Of a DNA stretch of 64,000 nt, positions 1-11,938 are shown piece after piece. Location: contig NC_068985.1 of NCBI RefSeq assembly GCF_001194135.2, forward strand, positions 2,657,070-2,721,069. The letters are read 5' to 3'. How positions within the stretch are numbered: the first letter of the stretch is position 1; every line of letters starts with the position of its first letter. A program made the position numbers and the translations under genes. The DNA comes from Octopus bimaculoides (taxonomy: Eukaryota). The notes below the pieces were generated by a model. It ran no database searches. It had not been told where the DNA came from and saw only the letters and a program-made list of their open reading frames with translations.

Positions 1-701
1 CAGTCACACTTGTGCCTATATGGAAACATTTCACATTGAAAAGAGAGTAAAAGAAGTGACCAAAAGGAAAGCAAAAAGTCATTTTTCATACACGCAGGGA
101 ATTTCTACAAAGTAAGGAAATTGTGGTATAAGCATTTGGTACTAATGTACCTTTCTCAAGAATATTAGCATCATAAGAAGTTGTTCCAACTGGTTTGTGA
201 AATTGGTTTGCTGATAAGTACCACAGTCTTTTTCTTTTGTTGTTGTTGTTGTTTTTAAAGTAAGCATGTGACAAGTGAATATATGTTCCAGTGTATAAGA
301 ATACAGGATCAATCATTCAAGACAAAGTGACCGGCATTAAATGAACTGGAGATGAAAGAGAGCGAAGTTGTTTTTTTTAATATAATACAAGTGGGTGTTG
401 AACAGAAATAGCATTAGTGAATTACAACTAACAGTAATAGATTGAAGCATTTATTTATTCAGCAATCCAATTATGCAGCATAAGTTGGATCTTATATAAA
501 ACTAATGCCCATTTCATCAGTGCTGGAGAATAGAAGAAAGAGAAAAAATATTTTCATATTTAAGATTTAATTAAATTTTCCATATTCTCAATTTTTTTTC
601 TTCATTTTCTTTGCTAAATTTTACACAATTATCCTAATACAATTTACATTGCACACACAGCACACATATATATACATGTATGTATATATGTATGAACGTG
701 C

Positions 702-706
<5 letters not shown>

Positions 707-757
<51 letters not shown>
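707..757. repeat. (TA)n microsatellite
   Basis: Direct read. Confidence 0.95.
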
Positions 758-762
<5 letters not shown>

Positions 763-979
763 CATGTGTGTGTAAATAAGCCAAGGAGCTAAGAGAAACA
801 ACTGACAGTAGCCAGTTGAATGAATTTAGATGATGAGGAAAGGTGTATGGAATACTATACAAGACAAGCTATTGATTAAATGAAACTATCCTTGCTTCAA
901 ACGAAAGTAAACAAATACCTAATGGCTTCTACAACAACAAATGAAATGGGGAGATAATCTCAATGATTTAACAATAAGT

Positions 980-1355
980 GCAAGTGTGGCTGTGTGGTAA
1001 TAAGTTTGCTTCCTAACCACAGGTCCTGGGCTCAGTCCCACTGTATGACACCATGGGTAAATGTCTTCTACTGTAGCCCTCCTGAGTCAATCAAAGCTGT
1101 GTGAGTGGATTTGGTAGATGTAAAGTGAAAGAAGCCTGTCATGTACATGTGTGTGCATGCACACGTGTCTTTGTCCCCAACCACTGCTTGACAACCGGTG
1201 TTATGTTTGGTTCAGCAAAAAAAGATCAAAAGAATAAACACAAGGCTTAAAACAGAAAAAAAAAAACATGTCCTGGGGTTGAGTCATTTGACTAAAAGTT
1301 CTTCAAGGCAGTGCCCCAGCATGGTCACAGTTTCATGACTGAAACAAATAAATGA
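980..1355 (+). mobile_element. tRNA-derived SINE, family A
   Basis: Head GTGGCTGTGTGGTAATAAG..CTCAGTCCCA, core ATGTCTTCTACTGTAGC, GAAAGAAGCC, (GT)n, tail CCAGCATGGTCACAG..GACTGAAACA. At least 17 copies in the window. Confidence 0.8.
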
Positions 1356-2051
1356 AAAAAGAACTCTCCTGAATGAACATGCCATTAAGGGAAATACAAT
1401 GTTTCTTTTTCAAACATCAAGAGGACACTGGTGAATATACACAGGTTCTTGCCTCATTGAGTGTCTGCTGACATTGTGTGGTAGTCGTAAAATGAGTTCC
1501 ACTGGTATACAAGCAGTGACATTTATTTCCAATACTCACTGGAATCTTGTCCAACCTTGGGGTAATATTACCTTTCTTGGAAACAGGTGAGGTTTGGCAA
1601 TAGGAAGGGCATCCAGCTGTGGAAAATCTGCCTCAAATGATCATGGGAAATAGACATTAAATGATGGATATACACAACACACACATGTATGTAGATATAA
1701 GACACATATGTACACATACACACACACATGTCTTTATATACCTATTACAGCCATAAGGTATAGGTTATCACAAGTCTTTGAGAGGAATAACAAACATAGG
1801 AATGGAGTAAACTAGAGCTGAAGCCATCAAACATTTCAGCTGATCATGAGGAAAAAAAAAACCAATAAATAAGAAAATAAAACGATGATAAGGATAATAA
1901 TAGTTATTCTACATCAGTGGTTCCTAACCTGGGTAGTGACCACCCCTTATGAGTATTGTGAATTTACAAGGAAACAGCAGAATGTCAAGAAGGTGCTATC
2001 GAGGTGCTGAGAGTTTAGAGTAATCAAGATTCTTCTTACTAATAAAATATT

Positions 2052-2261
2052 CTTTTCTACTCTGGCACAAGGCCTGAAATTTTGCGGGGAGGGGCCAGTC
2101 AATTAGATTGACCCCAGTATGCAATTGGTGCTTAATTTATCGATCCCGAAAGGATGAAAGGCAAAGTCGACCTCAGCAGAATTTGAACTCAGAATGTAAA
2201 GACAGATGAAATAGCGCCAAGCATTTCGTTCGATGTGCTGACGTTTCTGCCAGCCTGCTGC
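2052..2261 (-). mobile_element. tRNA-derived SINE, family B (core resembles the MetaSINE domain), with 20-bp TSD
   Basis: Core GCCTTTCATCCTTTCGGGATCGATAAATTAAG on the minus strand; direct repeat CTTCTTACTAATAAAATATT at 2032-2051 and 2262-2281. Confidence 0.85.
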
Positions 2262-3462
2262 CTTCTTACTAATAAAATATTGAAACAGAGAATAACACTT
2301 ATATTCTAAGCACATTTTCAAAACAACTTCGTCATCTTGTGAGCAGGACCAAGGTTCAAAAACTAATAAATAAGTCTTCACTTTCTCTAGCAATTTCTAT
2401 AAAAATCTAACACAAGGGAAAACTAGTCCATGCAATTATCTATAAGTGACACAGAGTGGGTGGGATATGAGAAGTACAATAGATAGAAAATACCAAAACA
2501 CTGCACAGAATTAACTTCAGTCTGATTAAAATAGTGTGCAGGAGTTTTTAATTTTTCCTTGAGCGTGATGGGGGTGGAGCGAAACATGGGGGAGGGGAGC
2601 ATTTGTAAAATATTATTCAATGAAAAAGGAGTACTGATCCATTTAGAATCACCATTTTATAGCATTAGTTCAATTCTGTACTGAAACCATCTACTTGTAA
2701 CAGTAAATCAACACACAGTGATTAGCTTATAAATCATCACGGTAGGGACCAACTTGTAATGTTTAACAAAACTCTCTTGTAATAAAGAACTAAAAATATT
2801 GGCTTAAAAGAACATTGCTTTATTTTATTTAATCTTTGAACAAAAGAAACAGTCTTGTGACTACAATAATTTAGGAGAGAAAGCATAAAATTGGATTATG
2901 GAGGGGGGAAAAAACTGTTAGCACAACACTTGCTAGCAATACGCAAACAGTTTTGATAGTCTGCTGTTGCTACAAAAATGGAATCAATGCAAGAAGATGG
3001 AAGAAGTTGTGATAATTAAGAAAATAACTAACTAATCTTGAAAATTTAATCTCACAAGTTGAAGAAAAAGCAAGAACGAATAAATACTTGACAACAGATT
3101 GATTAAGCAAAAACAAGCAAATTTGGCAAGAAAAAAAAAGAAAAGAGGTTGCAATGACACTTCTGTGACACAGAACATAAACCTGAAGCCATTTCGAGTG
3201 AATCAAGTCATCAATTAAAGCAGTAGTAATGTGTGGAATTAACAAAAATCAATGTAATAACACTTTAGGTATTAAGAGTAAATCAAACAGTCGAGTTTTA
3301 ACGTAACTTCTTAATTGAGAGAAGAGTAGATTACAAATGAAGATATATTTTCTACCTGCTCTCACTGCTGAAGTGGCACAAAAGCTGTCGTAGACGAGAA
3401 GGTTTCTGTTTTGATGTGAAGACATAGATACCGTTATTTACAGGAGAGGTGAACTAATACAT

Positions 3463-3501
<39 letters not shown>

Positions 3502-4349
3502 AATAACAGCCTTAATTGAACATGGGCAGGCAATCTGCTGAACACAGCATTTTCTGGTGAAGGTCATATAATGGAACACTTAACATAAGTATAAAGCATA
3601 ATGATGTGAGATTAATAGATCCAGCTCTTCAATATATACACCAATATGTATATATTTGAATGCTTTATTGAGATGGAAGTATGAAGGTCTAGAAATATCA
3701 AGGATGGATTGGGGGGGGGGTTACTTATTCAAACAAACTGCAAGGAACTCACATGAAAATATGGAAACTAAACTTCATAGAAAAGACAAAACTAAAATAG
3801 TTGTTTGTAATACAAGCCTTTAAACAAAGCTGTTCTTCAAATCAACAAATACAGTAACATGTATTTTAACTCTCAGGTAGTGTTTAGATGATACATACAG
3901 ACACATATATATATATTATTGTCATCAATAATTATTATTCCACTGCACCTATTGTGTCCATGGCTTACACTGGGTGCACTTTATGGAATTCCTGCCTACA
4001 CCTTTTCTACATATCATTTTTTCCTCTCAACCCTTTCTGTCAAAGAGCACAGGCTCAAAATGTCAAAGACTTTTCTATTCTTTCTGAACATTAAACGAAT
4101 ACACCTGCTTGTTGTTCCTACGTCTGTCTTTGTCATTTGTTTTCTGTAAATTTGAACTGTGTGTGACACATCACCACCATCTCTCTTGTCTTCTCTTTCT
4201 CTCTCTCTCTCTCTCTCTCCCTCCCCACCTCCAACTGGGGTGACCATGTATTTCCTCTGCAACAAGACACCTGCTTCTGCCTGTCTTTTATACTCTAACC
4301 GCTCCTCATCTGGCACAAAAGCAACCTCCTTAAATACCCTCAATACTCA

Positions 4350-4665
4350 CAAAGGACCTCTGTCTTGCAAGTTACTCGGTGACCTCACCAGTGCTGGTGC
4401 CATGTAAAAAGTATCCAGTCCACTCTGTATAATGGCTGGTATTAGGAAGGGCATCCAACCATGAAAACCATGCCAAAGCAAACCTCGCTAGTGCTGGTGC
4501 CATGTAAAAAAAAAAAAACACCCAGTTTACTCTGTACAGTGGTTGGTGTTAGGAAGGGCATCCAGCTGCGAAAACCATGCCAAAATAGGCAGCGGAGCTT
4601 GGTGCTTACCAACTAATATCAAACCATCCAACCCATGCTAGCATGGAAGACAGATGCTAAATGAT
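4350..4665 (+). mobile_element. Retroposon 3' module (family C) with an internal tandem duplication of about 105 bp
   Basis: Two successive GTGCTGGTGCCATGTAAAAA..TTAGGAAGGGCATCC..AAAACCATGCCAAA blocks, then ACCCATGCTAGCATGGAAG. Confidence 0.8.
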
Positions 4666-5175
4666 GTGTGTGTACGTGTCTGTGTGTAGGTGTCTGTGTA
4701 TGGTTGTATATCTTGATAAACGTGCATGCCAGTGCAAAACAAAGTGGAGAAAACAGCATCCAAAGAGCAAAGCCAAAGTTAAAAGTAGAGCGTTTTATTG
4801 AAGCAGTAAAATTTCACAAACTATTATTCCTCACATTTATAGCAGAACTTATTTACTGCCTCCAGTGAGTAATCATGCTAATCTACAATCTTTAGTTCAT
4901 AGCTATTCCACTTACAAGCTATCTGAGTGCAGCTGATGTACCTAAACCCGTCTCTCTTGCTATCTTTTCTCTATTCTTTATTTCTATCCACTCTATCCAC
5001 TGCTGAGGACTCGTCTGCTACTCGTCCCCACCAGCTCCTTTACCTGTTGCTACAGGCAATCTGTGGCCCATGCTGTGGCTATTAAGTATTTTAGTTTTAG
5101 TTAATCTGTAGGATTTTTGCATCAATTGTTTGCATGCGCGCGCACATGCACACACACACACATATATATATATAT

Positions 5176-5555
5176 ATGGCTATGTGATAAGCAGTTTGCT
5201 CTCCAATCACATGGTTCTGTGTTCAGTCCCATAGCATGGCATCCTGGGCAAATGTTTTCTAGTATAACTCTGGGCTAATCAAAGCCTTGTGAACGGAATT
5301 TGGTAGACAGAAACTTAAAGAAGCTTGTTATATGCATGTCCGTCCGTCTGTCTGTCTGTCCGTCCTTGTCTTGACATTGTGTCATAGTTATAAACAAGCA
5401 TTACTGTCAAACCTGTCTGGCTATGTCATCTTAGCTTCGAAACAGGTCAGGATTGGTAACAGGAATGGTATCTGACCATAGAAATTCTGCCTCAAATAAA
5501 ATTCCTTCTAACCCATGCACGCCTGGAAAAGTGGATGTTAAGCACTGATTATGAT
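5176..5555 (+). mobile_element. Family A SINE head joined to a variant GGAAGGGCATC-type tail
   Basis: ATGGCTATGTGATAAG..TTCAGTCCCA..GGAATTTGGTAGACAGAAAC, then GAAACAGGTCAGGATTGGTAACAGGAATGGTATC..AGTGGATGTTAA. Confidence 0.6.
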
Positions 5556-5621
5556 TATTTAAATAATGTTAGCTAATTGGTAAGTTTTTGGTGGTAATGT
5601 GTAAAATAAATTGTTTCTTAG

Positions 5622-5801
5622 TGTGCATCATCATCATCACCATCATCATTTAATGTCCATTGTCCATGCTGACATGGGTTGGACAGTTTGACCAGGGGGG
5701 GAAAGCCGAGTGGCTGCACCAGCCCTGGTCAAACTGTCCAACCCATGCCAGCATGGACAACTGATGTTAAACAATGATGAAGATGATGATGATGATGCAC
5801 A
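5622..5801. repeat. Fold-back of two opposed retroposon (GAT)n tails (arms about 76 bp)
   Basis: tgtgcatcatc..TTAATGTCCATTGTCCATGCTGACATGGGTTGGACAGTTTGACCAGGG pairs with CCCTGGTCAAACTGTCCAACCCATGCCAGCATGGACAA..gatgatgcaca; spacer 5698-5722. Confidence 0.9.
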
Positions 5802-6047
5802 AATGGGCTTCTTACCTAATCTACTCAGATCTCCCTCCCCAATATCATCTCTCTCTCTCATACTGCAGCTCTCCCTTGCTAACATGGTACTTTTCTTGTA
5901 ACACAAAACCATCTCAATTCACAACCATCCTTCAACCATTGATATTGTTCTCTCCACGAACACTTTGATCATTTATGTCTACATCACACGGAACCCCCAA
6001 ATTACCTCTCCTACCCCCACACACTCCTGCAGCCAACCCAACTTCAT

Positions 6048-6087
<40 letters not shown>

Positions 6088-7449
6088 CCTTTCCCCATCA
6101 ACTCTATAATCATTACCATCCTGCTGCTCTCCTTTGCTCTCTTCTACATCTGCCTCTTCCAACTCATGCATCATTGGTCATCCCCCACCCCTTATCCACC
6201 CTTCAACCCTACCCTATGGTTGTGACACACATCCTCTCCCTTCTCCAATTCCTTGCTCTCCCATACACTTTTGCAAACTCTCACTGAATCCCCTAAATTC
6301 CTCTATACCTACTCACTTCTACTCATTTTGTACATTAAGGGACCACTAATAATCTCATCACCGCTATTTATGCCTGTGCAGCTCCTCAAAAGAAACAAAA
6401 AAACAAAAACATACTCTGGCCCCTTCTCTCACACTTTAATTCCTTCTCTCCAAGCATAAAGCTAACCTTTACCTTGGTTCAGAGCCTTGTGAGCTGCATT
6501 GCAACTTCAGCAACGAATGCTAAAAAGTGGCATCCGACAATAGAAACCCTGACGAAAGCAGACACTCGAACAAGATGGAACCACTGGACCCTGTTAAACT
6601 GTCCAACCGATGCAAGCATAACACATAGATGGTAAATGATGCTGATGCACAATGTTTATATAAATCAACTTTGAAAAAAAAACTAGAGAAAACAAACAAA
6701 AATACAAATAAAAACCACCACTAACAAAATAACACGAACCATTTATGTCTACTTGACCATATAAGGGAAGACTTGTGTTGACTTTTATAGGATTAAATAA
6801 ATATCCAGTGTGAGAGAGATCAATGGAAGGAAGAAATTGCGAATACATGAGGGAAAGAAAGAGAGAGACAAAGAAAGTAAAACAAAGAGATCTGACATCT
6901 GACATGACTTAATTGATGATTAAAATATTTAATCTATGGTTAAAAGATATTAACATATGATAATCATCAGACAACACTCTTCCTACCCAGCCTTCTTTAT
7001 TATTTAAATTAAAAACAAAACAATGAAGATACTACTGTTAAAAGTAAACTGAACTCATTACTTTTTAATTAGTAAATTAATAATTGTCCAAATTTATATT
7101 AATTAAAATCCTATCTGTGAAATACAATATTTATTATCATATCAATTTCTTCTCAGCACAATAACCAAGCGAATTTCAAGCAAAATGTGTATGAGTATGT
7201 GTACACACACACACACACCATCATCATCATCATATTCAATTAAAAAGAAATTCAGTTATTTATCTACATTTTTATGGAGTTTGTATTGTATTATACTTGT
7301 TTATAATTATTATATGCTAATTTGAAACATTTGGGGCATATTTTTACTGTATAAATTGCTTTTACAAAAAAAAAGAAAAACCGATTTCTTTACAATTCTT
7401 TTTATGTTAATGTATTGATCGAAATAAAAGTTAAAATGAGATGACTAGT

Positions 7450-7870
7450 TCCAATACAACTTTCTTTGGTATTCAGATTACTCTGTCAAATAGAATGCTT
7501 ATTCATTCGCTTGGTTTTAAATTAATCCTGCATTATCTTGTAGCTTTGAGATTTTGATCATGTCATCATCAGTCATCATCATCGCTTAACATGCACTTTC
7601 CTGGCTGGCATGGGTTGGACGGTTTGACTGAGAACTGGCAAACCTGGAGGCTGCACCAGGTGCCAGTCTGATTTGGCAAGGTTTCTACAGCAGGATGCCC
7701 TTCCTAATACCAACCACTCTGAGAGTGTAGGGGACTCCAATAGTGTAGTGGCATATTTTTGGAATGACATTATAGGGTAGGTGTCAAAGACAGGATCTGG
7801 CTGGTTTGAACATAAAACTAGTGGAATATTTAGGCTGGATATGACTGGTTTAAATGGTAAAAGGGTTAAG
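7450..7870. mobile_element. Family G MITE interrupted by a (GAT)n-tailed retroposon fragment (7562-7735, minus strand)
   Basis: ATTCAGATTACTCTGTCAAA...GTAGCTTTGAG [insert] GACATTATAGGGTAGG...GATATGACTGGTTTAAATGGTAAAAGGGTTAA. Confidence 0.65.
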
Positions 7871-7999
7871 AAAGTTCTTGATCTACATTTTCAAATTTTG
7901 AATGAGAAAAGAGCAACATGTGTTTTAAGGCCATTTTATCAGCTTAGGCTAGAGGTAGCCTTGTGGGTCCCATAACAATTTTCTTCATTTTGACCTACC

Positions 8000-8196
8000 T
8001 TCTATTTATTTCAAGCATTTGACTGTGGCCATGCTGGAGCACTGATTTAAAGGGTTCTAGCCAAAGAAATAGACCCCAAGACTTATTCTTTGTAAGCCTA
8101 TTACTTATTCTATTGGTTTCTTTTGGCAAACCGGGGACACAAACAATACCAGTTGTCAAGCGGTGGAGTGGGGACAAACACAAAGGTACACACACA

Positions 8197-8233
<37 letters not shown>

Positions 8234-8234
8234 C

Positions 8235-8265
<31 letters not shown>

Positions 8266-8418
8266 TATATGCAACGGGCTTCTTTCAGTTTCCCCTCACA
8301 AGGTTTTCGTCAGCCTAGGGCAACATTAGAAGACACTTGCCCAAGGTGCCACACAGTGGGACTGAACACAGAACCATATGTCTGAGAAGCAAGCTTCTTA
8401 TCACATAGCCATGCCTGT
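8000..8418 (-). mobile_element. Family A SINE
   Basis: Reverse complement of the family A consensus (GACTGTGGCCATGCTGGAGCAC..CCCAAGGTGCCACACAGTGGGACTGAAC). Confidence 0.85.
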
Positions 8419-8711
8419 GTCTACATTAGTTTTACATTAATTTTATTAAACTTCTAGATTTTATCCATAATGACATCATTATTTTTATTACTAATAACCG
8501 AAGCTGATTTACATTTTCTCAGTAAATCCTTGTTTATAAAATCATAGAAATAAATCTGAATCATTCAAAGTACTAACGAAATCAGTGGAGATGATATCAG
8601 ACATAAAGATTATGAAATCTTTCTAACCTATCAGAGTTGGACCATTGAAGAGGGGCTAAAACACTCAAGACATTTTATCCAGCAAATAAATACTGCATTT
8701 AATGTTTATTT

Positions 8712-8850
8712 TTTAATTTATTTCAGTCAATAGACCGTGGCCATGCTATGGCACTGCCTCGAAGAGTTTTTCAACTTGGTATTTGTTCTATTGGTTTCCT
8801 TTTCCAAACTGCTAAGTCATGGAGACAGAAGCACAACAATATCTGTTAAA
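8712..8850 (-). mobile_element. Family A SINE, 3' half
   Basis: TTTCAGTCAATAGACCGTGGCCATGCT..GCTAAGTCATGGAGAC. Confidence 0.65.
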
Positions 8851-8862
8851 GACTGTCATACC

Positions 8863-8902
8863 GGCCATGACGAAGGGAAATAGCCCTGAAACTCGAGTCG
8901 CC
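8863..8902 (+). ncRNA. Minimal type I hammerhead-ribozyme-like motif (Penelope-type) with palindromic stem III
   Basis: GGC-C(A)TGACGA-AGGG aaatag CCCT-GAA-ACTCGAGT-C-GCC. Stem I GGC/GCC, core CUGACGA with one inserted A, stem II AGGG/CCCT, GAAA, palindromic stem III ACTCGAGT, GUC triplet ending at 8899. Confidence 0.65.
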
Positions 8903-9212
8903 TTTATATATATATATTTATATTTATATATTTATATATTTGATCCTTTATATTGAACACTCAATATTTCATCTACATTCAATACTTTCTTTCATGGTGC
9001 CATCCATTTTTATTTTATTTTATTTTATATTGTATATTGTATATCATATTATATATTGTATATTCCATATTCTATACCCCACATTAGTTCTGCAGGAATA
9101 TAAATAAAACATAAAAAACAGACAGTGTTGGAACTCTTTTAAGCAAAATAATATATTCCTCTATACACAATCATACAAAAAAATCCACCCTTTTTTTGTA
9201 TTTATTTTTACT

Positions 9213-9244
<32 letters not shown>

Positions 9245-9250
<6 letters not shown>

Positions 9251-9412
9251 GCTTCTTTCAGTTTCTCTGTACCAAATCCACACACAAAGATTTAGTCGGC
9301 CCAAGGCTATAGTAGAAGATACTTGCCCAAGGTACCATGCTGCAGGACTGAACCTGGACCCATATGGTTGGGAGGGACGCTTCTTACCAAAACCGGCATG
9401 CCTGCGCCTATA
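9245..9412 (-). mobile_element. Family A SINE, 5' half
   Basis: GGGCTTCTTTCAGTTTC..CCCAAGGTACCATGCTGCAGGACTGAACC..CTTCTTACCA. Confidence 0.75.
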
Positions 9413-9572
9413 AAGAATTGTTTTGCAAAATGTATTACGTACCATATTGAGTAGTGGTCTTCTTGGTCATAGACTGAGATACTTGTGTGTGTGTGTGTTA
9501 AATGTAAAAGCACATTTGCATGTTTACTCTTATATAGACACATGCACAAGCAGACACAAACATATTGTTATT

Positions 9573-9611
<39 letters not shown>

Positions 9612-9708
9612 TGGCAAACCCCATTGCAAAGTGATAATAACTTGATGGCAAGTCCATGACCCGGATTCAATTGTGACCCCCCCCCCNNNNNNNNNNCCCC
9701 CCCCAGTG

Positions 9709-9731
9709 TAGGGTTAGGGTTAGGGTTAGGG
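9709..9731 (+). repeat. Short interstitial (TTAGGG)n, about 3.8 units
   Basis: TAGGGTTAGGGTTAGGGTTAGGG next to a poly-C run and a 10-N gap. Confidence 0.7.
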
Positions 9732-10010
9732 CTACTTGATGCCTGATGCACACACACACTTGACAAAGGCGAGAACGCTGAACAGTTTCCCATTTCCTGC
9801 TCTTATAAAAGCAGGGTTCCACATCGATTTCAAGAAATGGTGTTAGTTATAATGCAGAACCATAATAATGTTCACAAACTGATGTTTCATAAAATCAAGA
9901 TGGAACTGAGCGGCAGCTGAAAGAAAACAACAACAGGAAGGCAACATGCAATCAAGGCAAAACAAATTCAGCACCAAATATAACTGCAATTAACACCAGT
10001 TTTTACGCAC

Positions 10011-10112
10011 CAATTGCTCGAGGTCTTTTATCAGGATTCATGGTTAAAAGGCTCTGAATGGCAGCACAGGCTTCTTCTGATAATACCTCATCTCCTTCAG
10101 GCCAAGGAATAT
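10011..10112 (-). CDS. MASTL: Internal coding exon of Greatwall (MASTL) Ser/Thr kinase, C-terminal kinase lobe
   Basis: Minus strand reads ttattttcag|ATATTCCTTGG...CGAGCAATTG|gtgcgt: canonical AG/GT, 102 nt, phase 1/1, no stop. It translates (D)IPWPEGDEVLSEEACAAIQSLLTMNPDKRPRAI, matching the Greatwall-specific DIPWPEGEEKLS..A..A..LLT.D..KR motif, with exon boundaries as I recall them for vertebrate MASTL. Too short for the ORF track. Confidence 0.88.
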
Positions 10113-10559
10113 CTGAAAATAATTTAAGTCCAATAAACCAACAATAATTACAAAAAAAAAAAATAAATGAAATAAAGTCTGAATAAATATGAAAAATTTA
10201 AATTAACATTTTGCATTAAAAAAAATTTCCCATTGCAAAATCAATTACTCTCTAAGATGAGCAGCCATAAGGTGTAATTAGTCCATAGTTGATTACTAAG
10301 ACACATTTCTTCACTAATTTCCTCAAGCACTGATTCATTGCCTAATAAGGTTGGTTTTACATAAATGTTGTTATTTTAATAAGTTATATGTCAACAGCGT
10401 CTTTAGTTTTCTCTCGGACTCTAAGTCTTTTTGTTTTTTGCTTACTTTTTGTCCTTGGGTTTTACGCATACGATGTAGATGCTCTCAGCTCACCTGATCA
10501 AAGTATTAACCAAGTGGATTGGATGATCTACACACAGGCATCGATTGATACATCTTTTA

Positions 10560-10935
10560 TCTTATACTTGCTTCAGTCATTAGACTGTGGTCATGCTGGA
10601 GCACCATCTTGAACAATTTTTAGTCAAACAAATCGAGCCAGTACTTATCTTTTTCTTTAAGACTCTTACTTATTCTATCAGTCTCTTTTGCTGAACTGCC
10701 AAGTTATGGGGATTTAAACACACCCACACCAATTGTCATGTGGTAGTAGGGACAAACACACATATATATGTAAGATGAACTGCTTTCAGTTTTCATCTAC
10801 CAAATCCACTTGCATGGCTTTGGTTGGCCTGAGGGTATAGTAGAAGACACTTGCCCATGGCGCCATGCAGCAGGACTGAACTCAGAACGGTGTAGCTGGG
10901 ACACAAGCTTCTTACTACACAGCTACGCTTGCACC
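10560..10935 (-). mobile_element. Family A SINE
   Basis: Full-length reverse-complement copy. Confidence 0.8.
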
Positions 10936-11142
10936 TGTAGAAAAATCTCAGCTAATGATATTCAGTGCAGTCACTACAATAATGAAGTGTTACTGATTAA
11001 ATGAATGAATATATTAAATTAGGGAGGTATCTCAATAAAGGTACTGTGTAATGAACAACCCAAGTTACTTAGTCAGCATCTCTAGTTTATTAATTTTTGT
11101 GAGAGAATGAATCAAAACCTGTGCAGTTTTCAATTTATTAAT

Positions 11143-11500
11143 TCAATGAAAATACTGAAGAGATTCCCATGACTGATGCAGAATCTCCGAGATTGGCGGG
11201 AAATATAAGCTGCTGATGACTGAGCTTCTGGAAATAAATACCTGTTGGAAAAAGATGAGTGGGGAGGGTATTCTGAAGGATGGCAGGTCTAAGAAGGATT
11301 GGAAAAAATATTTTAGTGGAGAACCATGGGATAGAAGTGAAGCAGAGAAGGATAATGATAGGAAGTGAGATGAGTTTGGCTTGTCCGAGTTGGAGGTTAA
11401 CAAGTGCAGATGAGGAAAGTTTGCTGTAGTAGTTAAGGAAGAGATTCAGAGAATGTGAAAGCTGGCCTTTGTATGAAATCTGAGGGCTTTAGATAAATAT
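11143..11500 (-). mobile_element. Degenerate LINE ORF2 C-terminal remnant (similar to 25570-25975)
   Basis: ..KYFFQSFLDLPSFRIPSPLIFFQQVFISRSSVISSL resembles the SF.PRT..LWN.LP..FP region. Confidence 0.4.
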
Positions 11501-11509
11501 TGTTTATAG

Positions 11510-11645
11510 GTGCAAGAGAGGCAATGTGGTAAGAAGTTTGCTTCTCAAAAGGGTTCAGGCTCAGTCTCACTGCATGGAACCTAAGGCAGTTTGCCTTCTA
11601 CCAGAGCCTTACAAGTGGTAAACAGAAACTGAAAGAAGCCCATCA
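11510..11645 (+). mobile_element. Family A SINE head, truncated
   Basis: GGCAATGTGGTAAGAAGTTTGCTTC..CTCAGTCTCACTG..GAAACTGAAAGAAGCC. Confidence 0.65.
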
Positions 11646-11678
11646 TATATATATATATATATATANNNNNNNNNNNNN

Positions 11679-11713
<35 letters not shown>

Positions 11714-11719
11714 ATGATA

Positions 11720-11848
11720 AATGGCATTAGGGAGGGCATCCAGCCATAGAAACCATGCCAAATCAGAATGGAGTCTGGTGCAGCTCTGGTCAAACTGGTC
11801 CAACCCATGCCAGTATGGACAACGGACATTAAATGATGATGATGATAT
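11720..11848 (+). mobile_element. Family C tail
   Basis: GGGAGGGCATCCAGCC..ACGGACATTAAATGATGATGATGAT. Confidence 0.8.
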
Positions 11849-11863
11849 ATGGTTGGAAGACAT

Positions 11864-11938
<75 letters not shown>

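Noticed and set aside
9845-9917. Possible terminal MASTL exon after a strong minus-strand acceptor (ttttctttcag)
   Set aside because: The in-phase translation AAAQFHLDFMKHQFVNIIMVLHYN* lacks the conserved HPLF..W..PF.P..DTSYF tail.
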